From positions 81,842 through 145,841 of the forward strand of contig JAZTWO010000076.1 of assembly GCA_045635885.1 (NCBI GenBank): a stretch of 64,000 nucleotides of DNA, read 5' to 3'. Made by a program: the position numbers and the translations under genes. Positions 9,954-20,902 of this stretch are shown in pieces; the first letter of the stretch is position 1; each line of letters starts with the position of its first letter. The DNA is from Eubacteriales bacterium (lineage in GTDB: Bacteria; Bacillota; Clostridia; Oscillospirales; CAG-272). The notes beneath the pieces are model-generated. The model had not been told where the DNA came from. It worked only from the letters and a program-made list of their open reading frames with translations, and ran no database searches.

Positions 9954-11536
9954 CAAAACTTTTAATAAATAACATCAAAATTCGTTTGGATGATGATGAA
10001 ACCCTTGTTTTTTCTCGTGCTAAAAGCATAATGAAAAAAGAGCATATTTCTCTTGATGGAGTTGCTTTTTCGATTTATAGACGTTCAATTGATGCTCGTA
10101 ATAAAAACAATATTTTGCTTGTTTATTCTGTTTTGGCAGAAACCGAGCGTTCAATTAAAGTTAATTCAAGTGCTAACATAAAAATACTTGATGATGCAGG
10201 TATTACAATTGAATATGGTACCGAAAAGTTAAAGGATAGTCCATTCGTTGTTGGAATGGGACCTGCGGGAATGTTTTGTGCATTAATGTTAGCAGAAAAG
10301 GGTTATCGACCTGTGATTATTGATAGGGGAGATGATGTTTTTGAAAGGACAAAAGCACTTAATGATTTCATAATAACAGGAAAGCTTGACCTTGAATCAA
10401 ACGTTCAATTTGGTGCAGGCGGCGCAGGAACTTTTTCCGACGGCAAATTAACTACTCGAATCAATGATGAAAGATGTGATTATGTTTTATCAAGATTTGT
10501 GGAGTTTGGTGCGCCGATTGAAATTCTTACCAAGGCAAAGCCCCATATTGGAACAGATGTATTGGTAAAGGTTGTAAATAATATTCTTGAACGCATTGAA
10601 GAACTTGGTGGAAAGGTTATTTACCGTTGCCGAATGGATGATATAAAATTCCAAGGCGATAGAATTATTGTTTCTACTACAAAAGGTGATTTTGTTACGT
10701 CTGCTTTGGTGCTTGCAGTTGGACATAGTGCAAGAGATACCTATAGAATGCTTCTTAGTAAAGGATTTGTTATTGAACCCAAGCCATTTTCTGTAGGTGT
10801 TAGAGTTGAGCATCTCCAAAGCGATATTGATAAAGCACTCTATGGCAACTTTGCAGGTCATGAAAAACTTGGACCTGGTGAATATAACTTATCCGACACC
10901 AAAAACGGACGTGGAGTATATACTTTTTGTATGTGTCCTGGTGGTGAGGTTGTTCCTGCCACATCACAAGAATTTGGAGTTTGTGTTAACGGTATGAGCA
11001 AATTTGCACGAGATGGTAAAAACGCAAACTGTGCAGTTAATGTATCGGTGAATACAGAAGATTACGGAAATAATCCGCTTAAGGCAATTCAATTTCAAGA
11101 GGAGCTTGAAAAAAGAGCATTTGCTGCAGGTGGCGGAGATTATTTTGCACCAATACAGTTAATGGGCGATTTTCTAAATGACAAGGTGGAGCATTCACCG
11201 TCAAGAATTATGCCTACCTATGCAAACGGTAGTAGAACAACACTTGCAAATCTTAATGATGTTTTGCCAAGTTATATTTCGGCAAGACTGAAAGAGGGAT
11301 TTTGCATTTTTGATAAAAGAATAAAAGGGTTTGCAGTTTCTGATGCTGTTATTACAGGTGTAGAAACAAGAACTTCTGCTCCCATAAGAATAATGAGGAC
11401 GGAGCATTTAAGTGCAATTTCCAATTCGTGCGTTTATCCTTGCGGAGAGGGCGCTGGATATGCCGGGGGTATTATGAGCTCTGCGGTTGATGGAATTAAG
11501 GTTGCGCTTGAAATAATGAAAAAATACAAAATATAA
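9950..11536 (+). CDS. FAD-dependent oxidoreductase of the uncharacterised COG2509 type
   Basis: 528 aa with a Rossmann dinucleotide motif VVGMGPAGMFCALMLAEKG and C-terminal GEGAGYAGGI. ATGA overlap with the preceding ORF. Confidence 0.75.
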   Translation: MTKLLINNIKIRLDDDETLVFSRAKSIMKKEHISLDGVAFSIYRRSIDARNKNNILLVYSVLAETERSIKVNSSANIKILDDAGITIEYGTEKLKDSPFVVGMGPAGMFCALMLAEKGYRPVIIDRGDDVFERTKALNDFIITGKLDLESNVQFGAGGAGTFSDGKLTTRINDERCDYVLSRFVEFGAPIEILTKAKPHIGTDVLVKVVNNILERIEELGGKVIYRCRMDDIKFQGDRIIVSTTKGDFVTSALVLAVGHSARDTYRMLLSKGFVIEPKPFSVGVRVEHLQSDIDKALYGNFAGHEKLGPGEYNLSDTKNGRGVYTFCMCPGGEVVPATSQEFGVCVNGMSKFARDGKNANCAVNVSVNTEDYGNNPLKAIQFQEELEKRAFAAGGGDYFAPIQLMGDFLNDKVEHSPSRIMPTYANGSRTTLANLNDVLPSYISARLKEGFCIFDKRIKGFAVSDAVITGVETRTSAPIRIMRTEHLSAISNSCVYPCGEGAGYAGGIMSSAVDGIKVALEIMKKYKI

Positions 11537-11559
11537 ATTTACGAAAAGGAGGGAACAAA

Positions 11560-13761
11560 TTGAATAATAGAAAGACCATTTGGTCAACTAAATATGTTCG
11601 TGATGAAATTAATGAAAAAATAATATCCGAAATAGCTCAAAAGAATAACATTTCTGAAATTTGTGCCTCCTTACTTTATAATAGAGGATATACTGACGCA
11701 GATTCTGCCGCAAAATTCTTGAACTTTGATGATGTGGTAATGTATTCACCACTTCTTTTAAAGGACGTTGACAAAGCGGTGGAGCGCATTCGTCAAGCGT
11801 TGGATAACAATGAAAGAATTGTTATTTACGGTGACTATGACGTTGACGGTGTGACATCTGTAACAATTTTATATCTCTATCTAAAAAATATTGGTGCTCA
11901 GGTTAGTTACTATATTCCAAACCGAATTGAAGAGGGATACGGTTTGTCCAATGATGCTATAAAGCTCATTTCTTCATACGGGGTGTCTTTGATAATAACC
12001 GTTGACACAGGAGTTACTGCGGTTGAAGAAGTTGAATATGCTGCTTCACTTGGTATAGACGTTATTGTTACAGACCATCACGAATGTCAAGAAACATTGC
12101 CTGATGCGGTTGCAGTAATTAATCCACATAGAAGCGATTGCCAATATCCATTTAAATCATTGGCGGGCGTAGGTGTAATTTTCAAAGTGATTTGTGCCTT
12201 TGAAACACTTGCTTTTTATGATAAAACAAGAGAAGCAGAGGCGATTAAATCAATTTATTATAGATTTGCCGACCTCGTTGCTATTGGAACTATTGCAGAC
12301 GTCATGCCAATAGTTGATGAAAACAGAATGATAGTCAAATTTGGACTTGCGATGCTTGAAAGAACCCAAAGACTTGGATTACTTGCGCTTATGGAAGCTG
12401 CAAGTTTGGGCTCCAATCCTAATGTTCGTCCTGTGGTGGATAGCAGAAATAAAACTGTTAAGCCAAGAAAGATTAATTCCACATACGTTGGTTTTACTAT
12501 TGCGCCAAGAATTAATGCCGCAGGCAGAATAAGTAGTGCTTCTCTTGCCGTTGAATTGCTTTTGTCACAAGATGAATCCGAAGCAAGACGATTGGCTCAT
12601 GAGTTGTGTGAAATCAATTATAAAAGACAAATAGAAGAAAATAAAATTGCAGAAGAAGCATATAAAAAAATCGAAAAGGAATTTGATCCCAAAAACCACA
12701 AGGTTATCGTGGTTGGAGATGATGAGTGGTTGCAAGGAGTTGTTGGCATTGTATCTTCAAAGGTTACTGAAAAATACGGCTTGCCTTCAATTCTAATTTC
12801 ATTTGATGGCTCATCAGTGGGTGAACAAAGCGGTCTTGATTTTGGCAAGGGCTCGGGAAGAAGTATTCGTGGTTTCAATCTTGTTGAAGCTTTGTCTTAT
12901 TCTAAAGAAACTCTTGTTAAATTCGGCGGCCACGAGCTTGCAGCAGGTCTTACTATACGCAGAAAAGATGTTGATTTGTTTAGAAATAAGATTAATGAAT
13001 ATGCAAATAAGACACTAACTGAAGAAGATTTGTACTATAAGATAGAAGCGGATAGAGAATTGAGTCTTTCAGATATGACATTGAATTTTGCAAAAGAAAT
13101 GGCTCACCTTGAACCTTTTGGCAATATGAATCCAGTCCCCAATTTTATTACTAAGGGTGTAAGAGTTATGCAGGCAAATCTTATCGGCTCGGGCAATCAC
13201 TCAAAATTTATTTTCGAATATAATGGAAAGACAATAAATGCGGTGATGTTCAACAAATCATATTTGAATTTGAATATCAAAGAGAATGATGTTGTTGATG
13301 CACTTTTCACACTTGATATAAACAATTTCAATAACAACGAAACTGTTCAAATGATAATTCAGGATATAAAACATTCCGAAGATTATCTTTCATATTTTAA
13401 AAACGAAAACGATATTTATCAAGCTTTGCGCAAAGGCGAAAAATACGATGGTGATGATATTATTCCGTCAAGGGATGATTTTGCCATAGTTTATTCTATG
13501 CTAAGACGTGAATTTAGAATTGGTAATGATATGATGACAGAGGTTGAAATATATCATAAATTGCAAAGTATAAAAGATTGCAATTTGCGTTTGGCAAAGA
13601 TTAAAATTATACTCGAGGTGTTAAATGAATTGAAAATTTGCACCGTAGAAGAGGTTAATCCCGGAATTTACCAATACGATATATATTTTAATCCTGAAAA
13701 AACAAATATCGAAAAATCATCAATACTTAAAAAGATAAAAAATCAATGCATTAATAAATAA
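11560..13761 (+). CDS. recJ: Single-stranded-DNA-specific exonuclease RecJ
   Basis: DHH motifs (IYGDYDVDGVTS, VDTG, VIVTDHHE) and DHHA1 (GGHELAAG). TTG start with AGGAGGG RBS. Confidence 0.92.
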   Translation: MNNRKTIWSTKYVRDEINEKIISEIAQKNNISEICASLLYNRGYTDADSAAKFLNFDDVVMYSPLLLKDVDKAVERIRQALDNNERIVIYGDYDVDGVTSVTILYLYLKNIGAQVSYYIPNRIEEGYGLSNDAIKLISSYGVSLIITVDTGVTAVEEVEYAASLGIDVIVTDHHECQETLPDAVAVINPHRSDCQYPFKSLAGVGVIFKVICAFETLAFYDKTREAEAIKSIYYRFADLVAIGTIADVMPIVDENRMIVKFGLAMLERTQRLGLLALMEAASLGSNPNVRPVVDSRNKTVKPRKINSTYVGFTIAPRINAAGRISSASLAVELLLSQDESEARRLAHELCEINYKRQIEENKIAEEAYKKIEKEFDPKNHKVIVVGDDEWLQGVVGIVSSKVTEKYGLPSILISFDGSSVGEQSGLDFGKGSGRSIRGFNLVEALSYSKETLVKFGGHELAAGLTIRRKDVDLFRNKINEYANKTLTEEDLYYKIEADRELSLSDMTLNFAKEMAHLEPFGNMNPVPNFITKGVRVMQANLIGSGNHSKFIFEYNGKTINAVMFNKSYLNLNIKENDVVDALFTLDINNFNNNETVQMIIQDIKHSEDYLSYFKNENDIYQALRKGEKYDGDDIIPSRDDFAIVYSMLRREFRIGNDMMTEVEIYHKLQSIKDCNLRLAKIKIILEVLNELKICTVEEVNPGIYQYDIYFNPEKTNIEKSSILKKIKNQCINK

Positions 13762-13773
13762 CGGAGATTATTT

Positions 13774-15981
13774 ATGTCCACTACACATAATGGTATCGAA
13801 AAGCTCGTCACTATGCTTAAGGCGACGGGTAAAAAATATGATATCGAGAAAATAGAAAGAGCATATGAATATGCACGTGCCTTGCACGAAGGTCAGTTTA
13901 GAGCAAGCGGAGAGGAATATATATCCCACCCAATTGCTGTGGCAGAAATTGTTGCAGGACTTGAACTTGATACTGACTCTATTTGTGCAGCGCTTTTGCA
14001 TGATACAGTCGAAGACTGTTCAGAAAAAACAGACTTAAAAGAAATTGAAAAATTGTTTGGTGCAGATGTTGCAATGCTTGTTGACGGTCTTACTAAGATT
14101 GTGACACTTAAGGTAGAAGATAAAGAAGAAGCACATATTGAAACTCTTAGAAAAATGCTTCTTGCTATGTCTAAAGACGTTAGAGTTATCTTTATCAAAC
14201 TTTGTGATAGAGTACACAATATGCGTACACTTGATGCAAAACCCGATGCAAAGAGAAGAATTACTGCGCTTGAAACAATGCAGGTCTATGCGCCCTTGGC
14301 ACATAGACTCGGTATGCAAAAAATCAAGCAGGAGCTTGAAAACCTTGGCTTGAAATATATTGACCCCATAGGATATGAAGAGGTCAAAAGCAATATCGAA
14401 AAGAAATATGGTCAAAGTCTTCATTTTATTGAAGACGTTAGACTTATGGTTGATAATAAGCTTTCAGAGAATAATATTAAATTTACTCTTGAGGGAAGAA
14501 TTAAAACCGTTTATAGTATCTATAAAAAGATGTATAACCACAACAAGAGCTTTGATGAAATATTCGACTTTTATGCTTTGCGTATAATTGTTGATACCGA
14601 GCTTGATTGTTATACAGCACTTGGTTTGATTCACGAAATGTTTAACTCCGTGCCGGGTAGATTTAAGGACTATATTTCCACTCCCAAACCCAATATGTAT
14701 CGATCACTTCACACCACGGTTATTGGTAAATATGGTATTCCTTTTGAGGTGCAGATTAGAACATGGGAAATGCATCATATTGCAGAATACGGTGTGGCTG
14801 CACACTGGAAATATAAGTCGGGTGAACGCTCTAAAGAAGAGATTGATAAAAAGCTTGAATGGATTTCACGACTTCTTGAAACAGAAGACGAAACACGAGA
14901 TCCTGAAGAGTTTATGCAGGCGCTTAAAATTGACATTTTCCATGACGAAACCTTTGTCTTTACTCCTAAGGGTGACGTAATGGCTTTGCCACAGGGCGCA
15001 ACTGTAATTGACTTTGCCTATGCCATTCATAGCGCAGTTGGACATAAGATGATTGGAGCAAAAATCAACGGTATGATTGTGCCAATTGATAGAGTGCTTC
15101 AAAACGGAGAAATTGTTGAAATTTTAACTTCCTCATCTTCAAAAGGCCCAAGCCGTGACTGGTTAAAAATTGTTACTACAAGCGATGCTAAGAATAGAAT
15201 TCGTCAGTGGTTTAAGAAAGAAAAACGTGCGGATAATATTATTCTTGGACGCTCTATGATAGAAGGCGAAATCAAAAAGGCAGGTTATGTTGTTAACGAA
15301 GCAACTCGTACAGAAGCTGTTGAAAACGTAGCCGTAAGAAATGGTTTTGCAACCGCCGAGGATCTTTATAATACCATTGGTTATGGTGGATTGCCAATTT
15401 CAAAGGTAAGAAATAAGATTGTTGATGAAGTTGGTAAGTTGGTGGCACCTATTGAGCCGCCACCGGTTGTTACCGAGGAAAATATGGTAACCGCTAAACC
15501 CAAAAAGATTAAGTCAAATAGCGGTATCATTGTTGACGGTGAAAGCGGATGCAGCGTTAAGTTTGCAAAATGTTGTAATCCCTTGCCGGGCGATAGTGTT
15601 ATTGGCTTTATTACCAAGGGATATGGCATTTCTATTCACAAATGCGACTGTCCCAATGTTGTTACGGGTAAAAAGAATCCCGAGTATGCAGAGCGCTGGG
15701 TTACTGCTTCTTGGGATGCAGATTCAAATGAAAAGAGAAGCTTGTTTGAGGCAAATCTTCAGATTCGAGTTGACGATAGAATTGGTATGCTTGCCGATAT
15801 ATCAGTGGCACTTGCCGATATGAGAGTTGACATTCTTCAAATCAATGTTCAAACATCATCAGGGGGCTCACTTGTTTCTTTGAAGGTTGGATGTAAAAAT
15901 ACAGATCACTATGCTTCAATTGTATCAAGACTTCGTTCAATTCCTGGCATTTATGATGTTTCAAGAGGATTTGTAAACTAA
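13774..15981 (+). CDS. relA: Bifunctional (p)ppGpp synthetase/hydrolase (long RSH)
   Basis: 735 aa with an HD hydrolase (HPIAVAEI...LLHDTVED), a synthetase domain (YRSLHTTV, EVQIRT) and TGS and ACT C-terminal domains. Confidence 0.95.
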   Translation: MSTTHNGIEKLVTMLKATGKKYDIEKIERAYEYARALHEGQFRASGEEYISHPIAVAEIVAGLELDTDSICAALLHDTVEDCSEKTDLKEIEKLFGADVAMLVDGLTKIVTLKVEDKEEAHIETLRKMLLAMSKDVRVIFIKLCDRVHNMRTLDAKPDAKRRITALETMQVYAPLAHRLGMQKIKQELENLGLKYIDPIGYEEVKSNIEKKYGQSLHFIEDVRLMVDNKLSENNIKFTLEGRIKTVYSIYKKMYNHNKSFDEIFDFYALRIIVDTELDCYTALGLIHEMFNSVPGRFKDYISTPKPNMYRSLHTTVIGKYGIPFEVQIRTWEMHHIAEYGVAAHWKYKSGERSKEEIDKKLEWISRLLETEDETRDPEEFMQALKIDIFHDETFVFTPKGDVMALPQGATVIDFAYAIHSAVGHKMIGAKINGMIVPIDRVLQNGEIVEILTSSSSKGPSRDWLKIVTTSDAKNRIRQWFKKEKRADNIILGRSMIEGEIKKAGYVVNEATRTEAVENVAVRNGFATAEDLYNTIGYGGLPISKVRNKIVDEVGKLVAPIEPPPVVTEENMVTAKPKKIKSNSGIIVDGESGCSVKFAKCCNPLPGDSVIGFITKGYGISIHKCDCPNVVTGKKNPEYAERWVTASWDADSNEKRSLFEANLQIRVDDRIGMLADISVALADMRVDILQINVQTSSGGSLVSLKVGCKNTDHYASIVSRLRSIPGIYDVSRGFVN

Positions 15982-15993
15982 TAAGGATTAATT

Positions 15994-16446
15994 ATGATAG
16001 CAGTTATACAAAGAGTAAAAAATTCAAGCGTAAGTATTAATGGTGAAATTCATGGGGAATGTGGAGAGGGACTTATGATACTTCTTGGCGTTGCAAAGGA
16101 TGACATTAAAGAGGATGCAGAGCTTCTTGCCGCAAAAATAACCAAATTGCGTATTTTCTGTGATGAAAATGGAAAAATGAATCTCTCCGTCAAGGATGTT
16201 GACGGAGAGGCATTAATTGTTTCTCAATTTACTTTGCTTGCAAACTACAAAAAGGGAAATAGACCTGACTATTTTGGCGCAGGTTCTCCTGACCATGCAA
16301 ATGAACTTTATGAATATTTCGTTGAACTTATGAAAAAAGAGTTAAAGCACGTTGGAACAGGTGAATTTGGTGCAGATATGCAGGTTAGCATCTTAAATGA
16401 TGGCCCCGTGACTATCGTTATGGATAGTAATGTACTTAAAAATTAA
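15994..16446 (+). CDS. dtd: D-aminoacyl-tRNA deacylase
   Basis: MIAVIQRV start, SQFTL and NDGPVT motifs. 150 aa, in the conserved position after relA. Confidence 0.95.
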   Translation: MIAVIQRVKNSSVSINGEIHGECGEGLMILLGVAKDDIKEDAELLAAKITKLRIFCDENGKMNLSVKDVDGEALIVSQFTLLANYKKGNRPDYFGAGSPDHANELYEYFVELMKKELKHVGTGEFGADMQVSILNDGPVTIVMDSNVLKN

Positions 16447-16457
16447 GGAGAATAGAA

Positions 16458-17942
16458 ATGAAATTAACCGTGACAGGCGACATAAATGCCTTTTACGTTC
16501 AAACATTGTGTATGATTTTCTTTCCCGGTGAAAAATTTGTTGAAAATCAAGAAATCACTGAGGATACTCCCGTAATGGAGGTTTCTGTAACCAATACTGA
16601 AACAGGATCATATGCAAAAGCAAAATTATCATATCAAGGCAAAGTAGCAGAGTCTGAAAAGACAGTTGATTTTGCACCTGAAGTTACAAAACAAAGAACC
16701 GCTAAAATAGCCGCAGGAAATGTGGTTCTTGCGGTGGGAAGCGAAATTTTGGGTTATAGACCATCTTGGGGTATGCTCACGGGAGTAAGACCATCAAAGG
16801 TGGCTATGGAAATGCTTTTAAACGGGAATTCCAAAGCCAAAGTTAGAAAAATTCTTAATACAGACTATTTTGTAATTCCTAAAAAGGCATCTTTGGCAAC
16901 TGATGTTGCACGCAGAGAACAAAAAATTATTGGTAATCCCAATATTAAAGACTGTAGTATTTATATTTCAATACCTTTTTGTCCCTCTCGTTGCTCATAC
17001 TGTTCATTTGTTTCTTATACAACTCCAAAGCTTCTTTCATTGATTCCTGCATATTTGGACAAGCTTTGTAACGATTTAACTGAAGTTCTTGACACAGTTA
17101 ACGAGCTTGAGCTTAATCTTAAAACGATATATATTGGTGGTGGTACACCCACAATACTTACCGAGGAACAACTTGAAAAGCTTTTGTCACTTGTAAGTAG
17201 TAAAATTGACGTTAACTCTCTTGAGGAATTTACACTTGAGGGTGGTCGTCCCGATACAATAACCGAGGGTAAACTTGCCATTGCAAAGAAATACGGAATT
17301 ACAAGAATAAGTGTTAATCCTCAGTCTCTTAACGAGCAGGTAATTAAATCTATTGGTAGAAGTCATAGTATTGATGAATTCTATAAAGCATTTGAAATTG
17401 CTAAAAATTCAGGTATTAAATGCATTAATACTGACCTTATTGCAGGCTTACCGGGGGATAACTTTAAACATTTCTCTGCAACGTTTGATAAAATCATAGC
17501 GCTTGAACCGGAAAATATTACAGTACATACATTCTGCGTAAAAAAGGCTGCGGATATTTTGGCTCAAAATCAAAATATATATTCAATTCGTGGTGGTGAC
17601 GCAGGCAAATGTGTTGACTACTCACAGTTGAGAGCGCAGGCGGCAGGATACTTGCCTTATTATATGTATAGACAAAAGAATACGGTTGGAAATTTTGAAA
17701 ATGTCGGCTTTGCGCAAGAGGGAACTGAAGGACTTTATAATATTTATATGATGGAAGAAGTGCATTCCATTCTTGCCGTAGGTGCAGGAGCGGTAACAAA
17801 ACTTGTTGAATATTATCCTGCAAATATTGCATCAACAAAGATTATAAGACATTTCAATCCCAAATATCCTTATGAGTATCTTGATAATCATTCTGGTTCG
17901 GTAATTATTGATGAAATTAAGAAGTTTTATGCTTCTCATTAA
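16458..17942 (+). CDS. HemN/HemZ-like radical SAM protein (oxygen-independent coproporphyrinogen-oxidase-like)
   Basis: CPSRCSYCSF CxxxCxxC cluster motif and GGGTPT motif. 494 aa with an extra N-terminal domain, as in clostridial HemZ-type proteins. Confidence 0.78.
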   Translation: MKLTVTGDINAFYVQTLCMIFFPGEKFVENQEITEDTPVMEVSVTNTETGSYAKAKLSYQGKVAESEKTVDFAPEVTKQRTAKIAAGNVVLAVGSEILGYRPSWGMLTGVRPSKVAMEMLLNGNSKAKVRKILNTDYFVIPKKASLATDVARREQKIIGNPNIKDCSIYISIPFCPSRCSYCSFVSYTTPKLLSLIPAYLDKLCNDLTEVLDTVNELELNLKTIYIGGGTPTILTEEQLEKLLSLVSSKIDVNSLEEFTLEGGRPDTITEGKLAIAKKYGITRISVNPQSLNEQVIKSIGRSHSIDEFYKAFEIAKNSGIKCINTDLIAGLPGDNFKHFSATFDKIIALEPENITVHTFCVKKAADILAQNQNIYSIRGGDAGKCVDYSQLRAQAAGYLPYYMYRQKNTVGNFENVGFAQEGTEGLYNIYMMEEVHSILAVGAGAVTKLVEYYPANIASTKIIRHFNPKYPYEYLDNHSGSVIIDEIKKFYASH

Positions 17943-17953
17943 CGGAGAGTAAT

Positions 17954-19240
17954 ATGAAAATTTTATTTGAAAATATAAGAATTCCCGAAGAATACGGATT
18001 TGCAGACGAGCATATATTTCTTTTGACAGACGGTGAATTCATTTCGTATATCGGAAAAGAAAAACCCGAAAATTATGATAGGGTCATAGACGGTAAGGGA
18101 AATCTTTTGATTCCCGGGTTCTACAATTCACATTGTCATGCACCAATGGTAATGTTCCGTGGTTACGGTGAGGATTTACCTCTTTGGCGTTGGCTTAACG
18201 AAAAGATTTTTCCTGCCGAAGAACGTTTAAATGCTAAAAATGTGTATATTTCATCAAAATATGCAATTGCAGAAATGCTTAAAAACGGCATTGTATCATT
18301 TTCTGATATGTATATGTTTGAAAATTACGTTGCAGAGGCAGTTATCGAAACGGGAATTAAAGCCAATCTTTCACGCTCGCTTGTTTCATTTGGTGACGGT
18401 GCAACTATTAAAGGTGATTGGCGCTTTAAAGAAGCTACAGATTGGGTTAAGCAATATCAGGGCTCAAATGGTGGACGACTTATAATGGATATGTCCATTC
18501 ATGCAGAATATACCAATCAAGAGGGGTATATTCGTGAGGTTGCTGAATATACTAAAGATAATAACCTTAGAATGCAAATACACGCATCAGAGAGCGAAGC
18601 AGAGCATCTTAATTGTATAGAAAAATATGGTAAAACACCTATCGAATTTTTCTATGATACAGGCGTTTTGGATTCCCCAACAACACTTGCACATTGTGTG
18701 TATGTTACTGATAGTGACATGGACATCATTCGCGATTGCGGAGCATTTGTTTCACACAACGCAACAAGTAATCTTAAGCTTGGTAGTGGTGTTGCAAGAC
18801 TCCCTAAAATGATTGAAAAGGGTGTTTGTGTTTCTCTTGGAACTGATGGTGCAGCTTCAAATAATACACTTGATATTATGAGGGAATATCAGTTGGTGTC
18901 AATATTACATAAGGGTTATAATAGAGATGCAGAAGCAACAAGAGCGCCTCAAATTCTGAATCTTGCAACAGTAAATGGCGCAAAATCACAGGGCAGAAAC
19001 GATTGTGGTAAACTTGTGGTTGGCAATCGTGCCGATATTGTTATGATAGATTTGAATGCTATTAATAATAAACCTTGTTTTGACACTTATTGTACAATGT
19101 CATATAGTGCAAATTCTTCTAATGTTCTTTTGACTATGGTAGACGGCGAAATTCTTTACCATAATGGTGAATTTACTACTATCGATATGGAAAAAATAAC
19201 ATATGAATTTGATGATGTATGCAAGCATTATTTTGATTAA
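17954..19240 (+). CDS. mtaD: Amidohydrolase, MtaD-type 5-methylthioadenosine/S-adenosylhomocysteine deaminase
   Basis: PGFYNSHCHAPMVMFRGYGEDLPLWRWL metal-binding motif, HASE, and GTDGAASNN. Confidence 0.78.
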   Translation: MKILFENIRIPEEYGFADEHIFLLTDGEFISYIGKEKPENYDRVIDGKGNLLIPGFYNSHCHAPMVMFRGYGEDLPLWRWLNEKIFPAEERLNAKNVYISSKYAIAEMLKNGIVSFSDMYMFENYVAEAVIETGIKANLSRSLVSFGDGATIKGDWRFKEATDWVKQYQGSNGGRLIMDMSIHAEYTNQEGYIREVAEYTKDNNLRMQIHASESEAEHLNCIEKYGKTPIEFFYDTGVLDSPTTLAHCVYVTDSDMDIIRDCGAFVSHNATSNLKLGSGVARLPKMIEKGVCVSLGTDGAASNNTLDIMREYQLVSILHKGYNRDAEATRAPQILNLATVNGAKSQGRNDCGKLVVGNRADIVMIDLNAINNKPCFDTYCTMSYSANSSNVLLTMVDGEILYHNGEFTTIDMEKITYEFDDVCKHYFD

Positions 19241-19261
19241 AAATTGAGGAGGGCGAGAACT

Positions 19262-20887
19262 ATGCAAAGAAAAAGTGCTGATTCAAAAAATTATGGTAAG
19301 CAATTTTTTTCTGGTGTTGCAGTTCTCGCCATTTCTACTTTTATTGTGAAAATTATTGGGGTATTGTATAAAATACCTATGATGGCATATCTCGGGGCAG
19401 AGGGAATGGGATATTTCAACTCTGCATATGAGATATATGCGCTATTTTTTGTTATTTCTACTGCAGGAATTCCTGTGGCAATTTCTATACTTGTAGCAGA
19501 GAATAAAACGCAGGGAAGATTTAATAACATAAAAAGGATATACCAATTGTCCCTAATAATTCTTGGTTTGCTTGGATTAATAGGAACGTTGTTAATGGCA
19601 ATTTTCTATAATAATTTTGCCAAATTAATAAATAATGACCGTGCAGCTTTTTGTATTCTTGCAATTGCTCCAACATTGCTTATGATATGTATAAGTAGTG
19701 CCATAAGAGGATATTTTCAAGGCAATCAAATAATGTTTCCCACGGCATTTTCGCAGGTTATCGAAGCACTTGGAAAGCTTTTTCTTGGCTTGGGATTGGC
19801 AATAATTGCTCTCAAAAAGGGGTATAATATAGAACAAGCTGCAGCATTTGCCGTTTTGGGATTAACCATTGGCGTGGCAATATCTATGTTGTTCTTGTTG
19901 ATATATAAGTCTTTTCATAATATCAACAGCGAAAATATTACACCCATAAATACCGTTGAAGGCAAAGGTGCTATAGTTAATAAATTATTAAGTATTGCAA
20001 TTCCAATAACCTTGAGTTCAACTATTCTCAATCTATCTAAAATTATAGATATGACTATGATTTTAAGAAGACTTGGGGATATTGGCTACACACAGGAGCA
20101 GGCAAACTCCGTTTATGGATCGTATAGCACAATGGCAGTGTCGCTATTCAATCTTCCTTCAACCTTGATTTCTGCAATTGCTTTGCCGCTTGTACCATTG
20201 CTTGTATCGGCAATTGAAGAAAAGAATATCTTAAAAGAAAAATCGGTAATTTCTTCATCAATTAAAATGACGTCTCTTATTGCATTTCCAGCAGGGATGG
20301 GTATGGCGGTGTTTAGCAAGCAAATATTAACGCTTTTGTTTTCTTCACAAACTGAAGAAATTGAATACACTGCGCCTTTGTTGTCACTCTTGGGAATATC
20401 CGTGTTCTTATCTTCTATGATAACAATTACCAATTCTATTTTGCAGGCATATAAATTGGTTAAAAAACCTATAATCAGTATGGTTGTGGGGGTGCTTGTA
20501 AAAGTAATTCTTGCATTTATTTTGATAGGAATTCCCAAAGTCAATATTTATGGTGCACCAATAAGCACTTTTGTATCGTCTTTGGTTATCGTGTCATTTA
20601 ATTTCTACTATATAGCAAAAAATAATGGTAATATGAATACAGTTTATAAATTATTTGTAAAGCCATTTATTGCAATAATAATTTCAATTGGAATAGGAGT
20701 GGCTATCTATCTTCCATTAAGTCAAATCGTGCTTTCCAAATTATTGGTTTTACCAATTATTATTCTTGTTGCGATTGTATATATTGTTCTTGTATTAAAG
20801 TTGCGTACAGTTGAGAAGGAAGAAATTTTGATGCTCCCATACGGAGAAAAAATAAACAAAATATTAAAGAAGTGTCACCTTGCGTGA
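19262..20887 (+). CDS. MOP-superfamily flippase (SpoVB/YabM/MurJ-like polysaccharide biosynthesis protein)
   Basis: About 14 predicted TM helices. It sits immediately upstream of mazG-hbs-yabO-yabP-yabQ-divIC, like B. subtilis yabM. ATG at 19262 has a GAGGAGGG RBS; the track start at 19244 is a TTG inside that RBS. Confidence 0.72.
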   Translation: MQRKSADSKNYGKQFFSGVAVLAISTFIVKIIGVLYKIPMMAYLGAEGMGYFNSAYEIYALFFVISTAGIPVAISILVAENKTQGRFNNIKRIYQLSLIILGLLGLIGTLLMAIFYNNFAKLINNDRAAFCILAIAPTLLMICISSAIRGYFQGNQIMFPTAFSQVIEALGKLFLGLGLAIIALKKGYNIEQAAAFAVLGLTIGVAISMLFLLIYKSFHNINSENITPINTVEGKGAIVNKLLSIAIPITLSSTILNLSKIIDMTMILRRLGDIGYTQEQANSVYGSYSTMAVSLFNLPSTLISAIALPLVPLLVSAIEEKNILKEKSVISSSIKMTSLIAFPAGMGMAVFSKQILTLLFSSQTEEIEYTAPLLSLLGISVFLSSMITITNSILQAYKLVKKPIISMVVGVLVKVILAFILIGIPKVNIYGAPISTFVSSLVIVSFNFYYIAKNNGNMNTVYKLFVKPFIAIIISIGIGVAIYLPLSQIVLSKLLVLPIIILVAIVYIVLVLKLRTVEKEEILMLPYGEKINKILKKCHLA

Positions 20888-20902
20888 TAAAAGGATTAAA
20901 TT

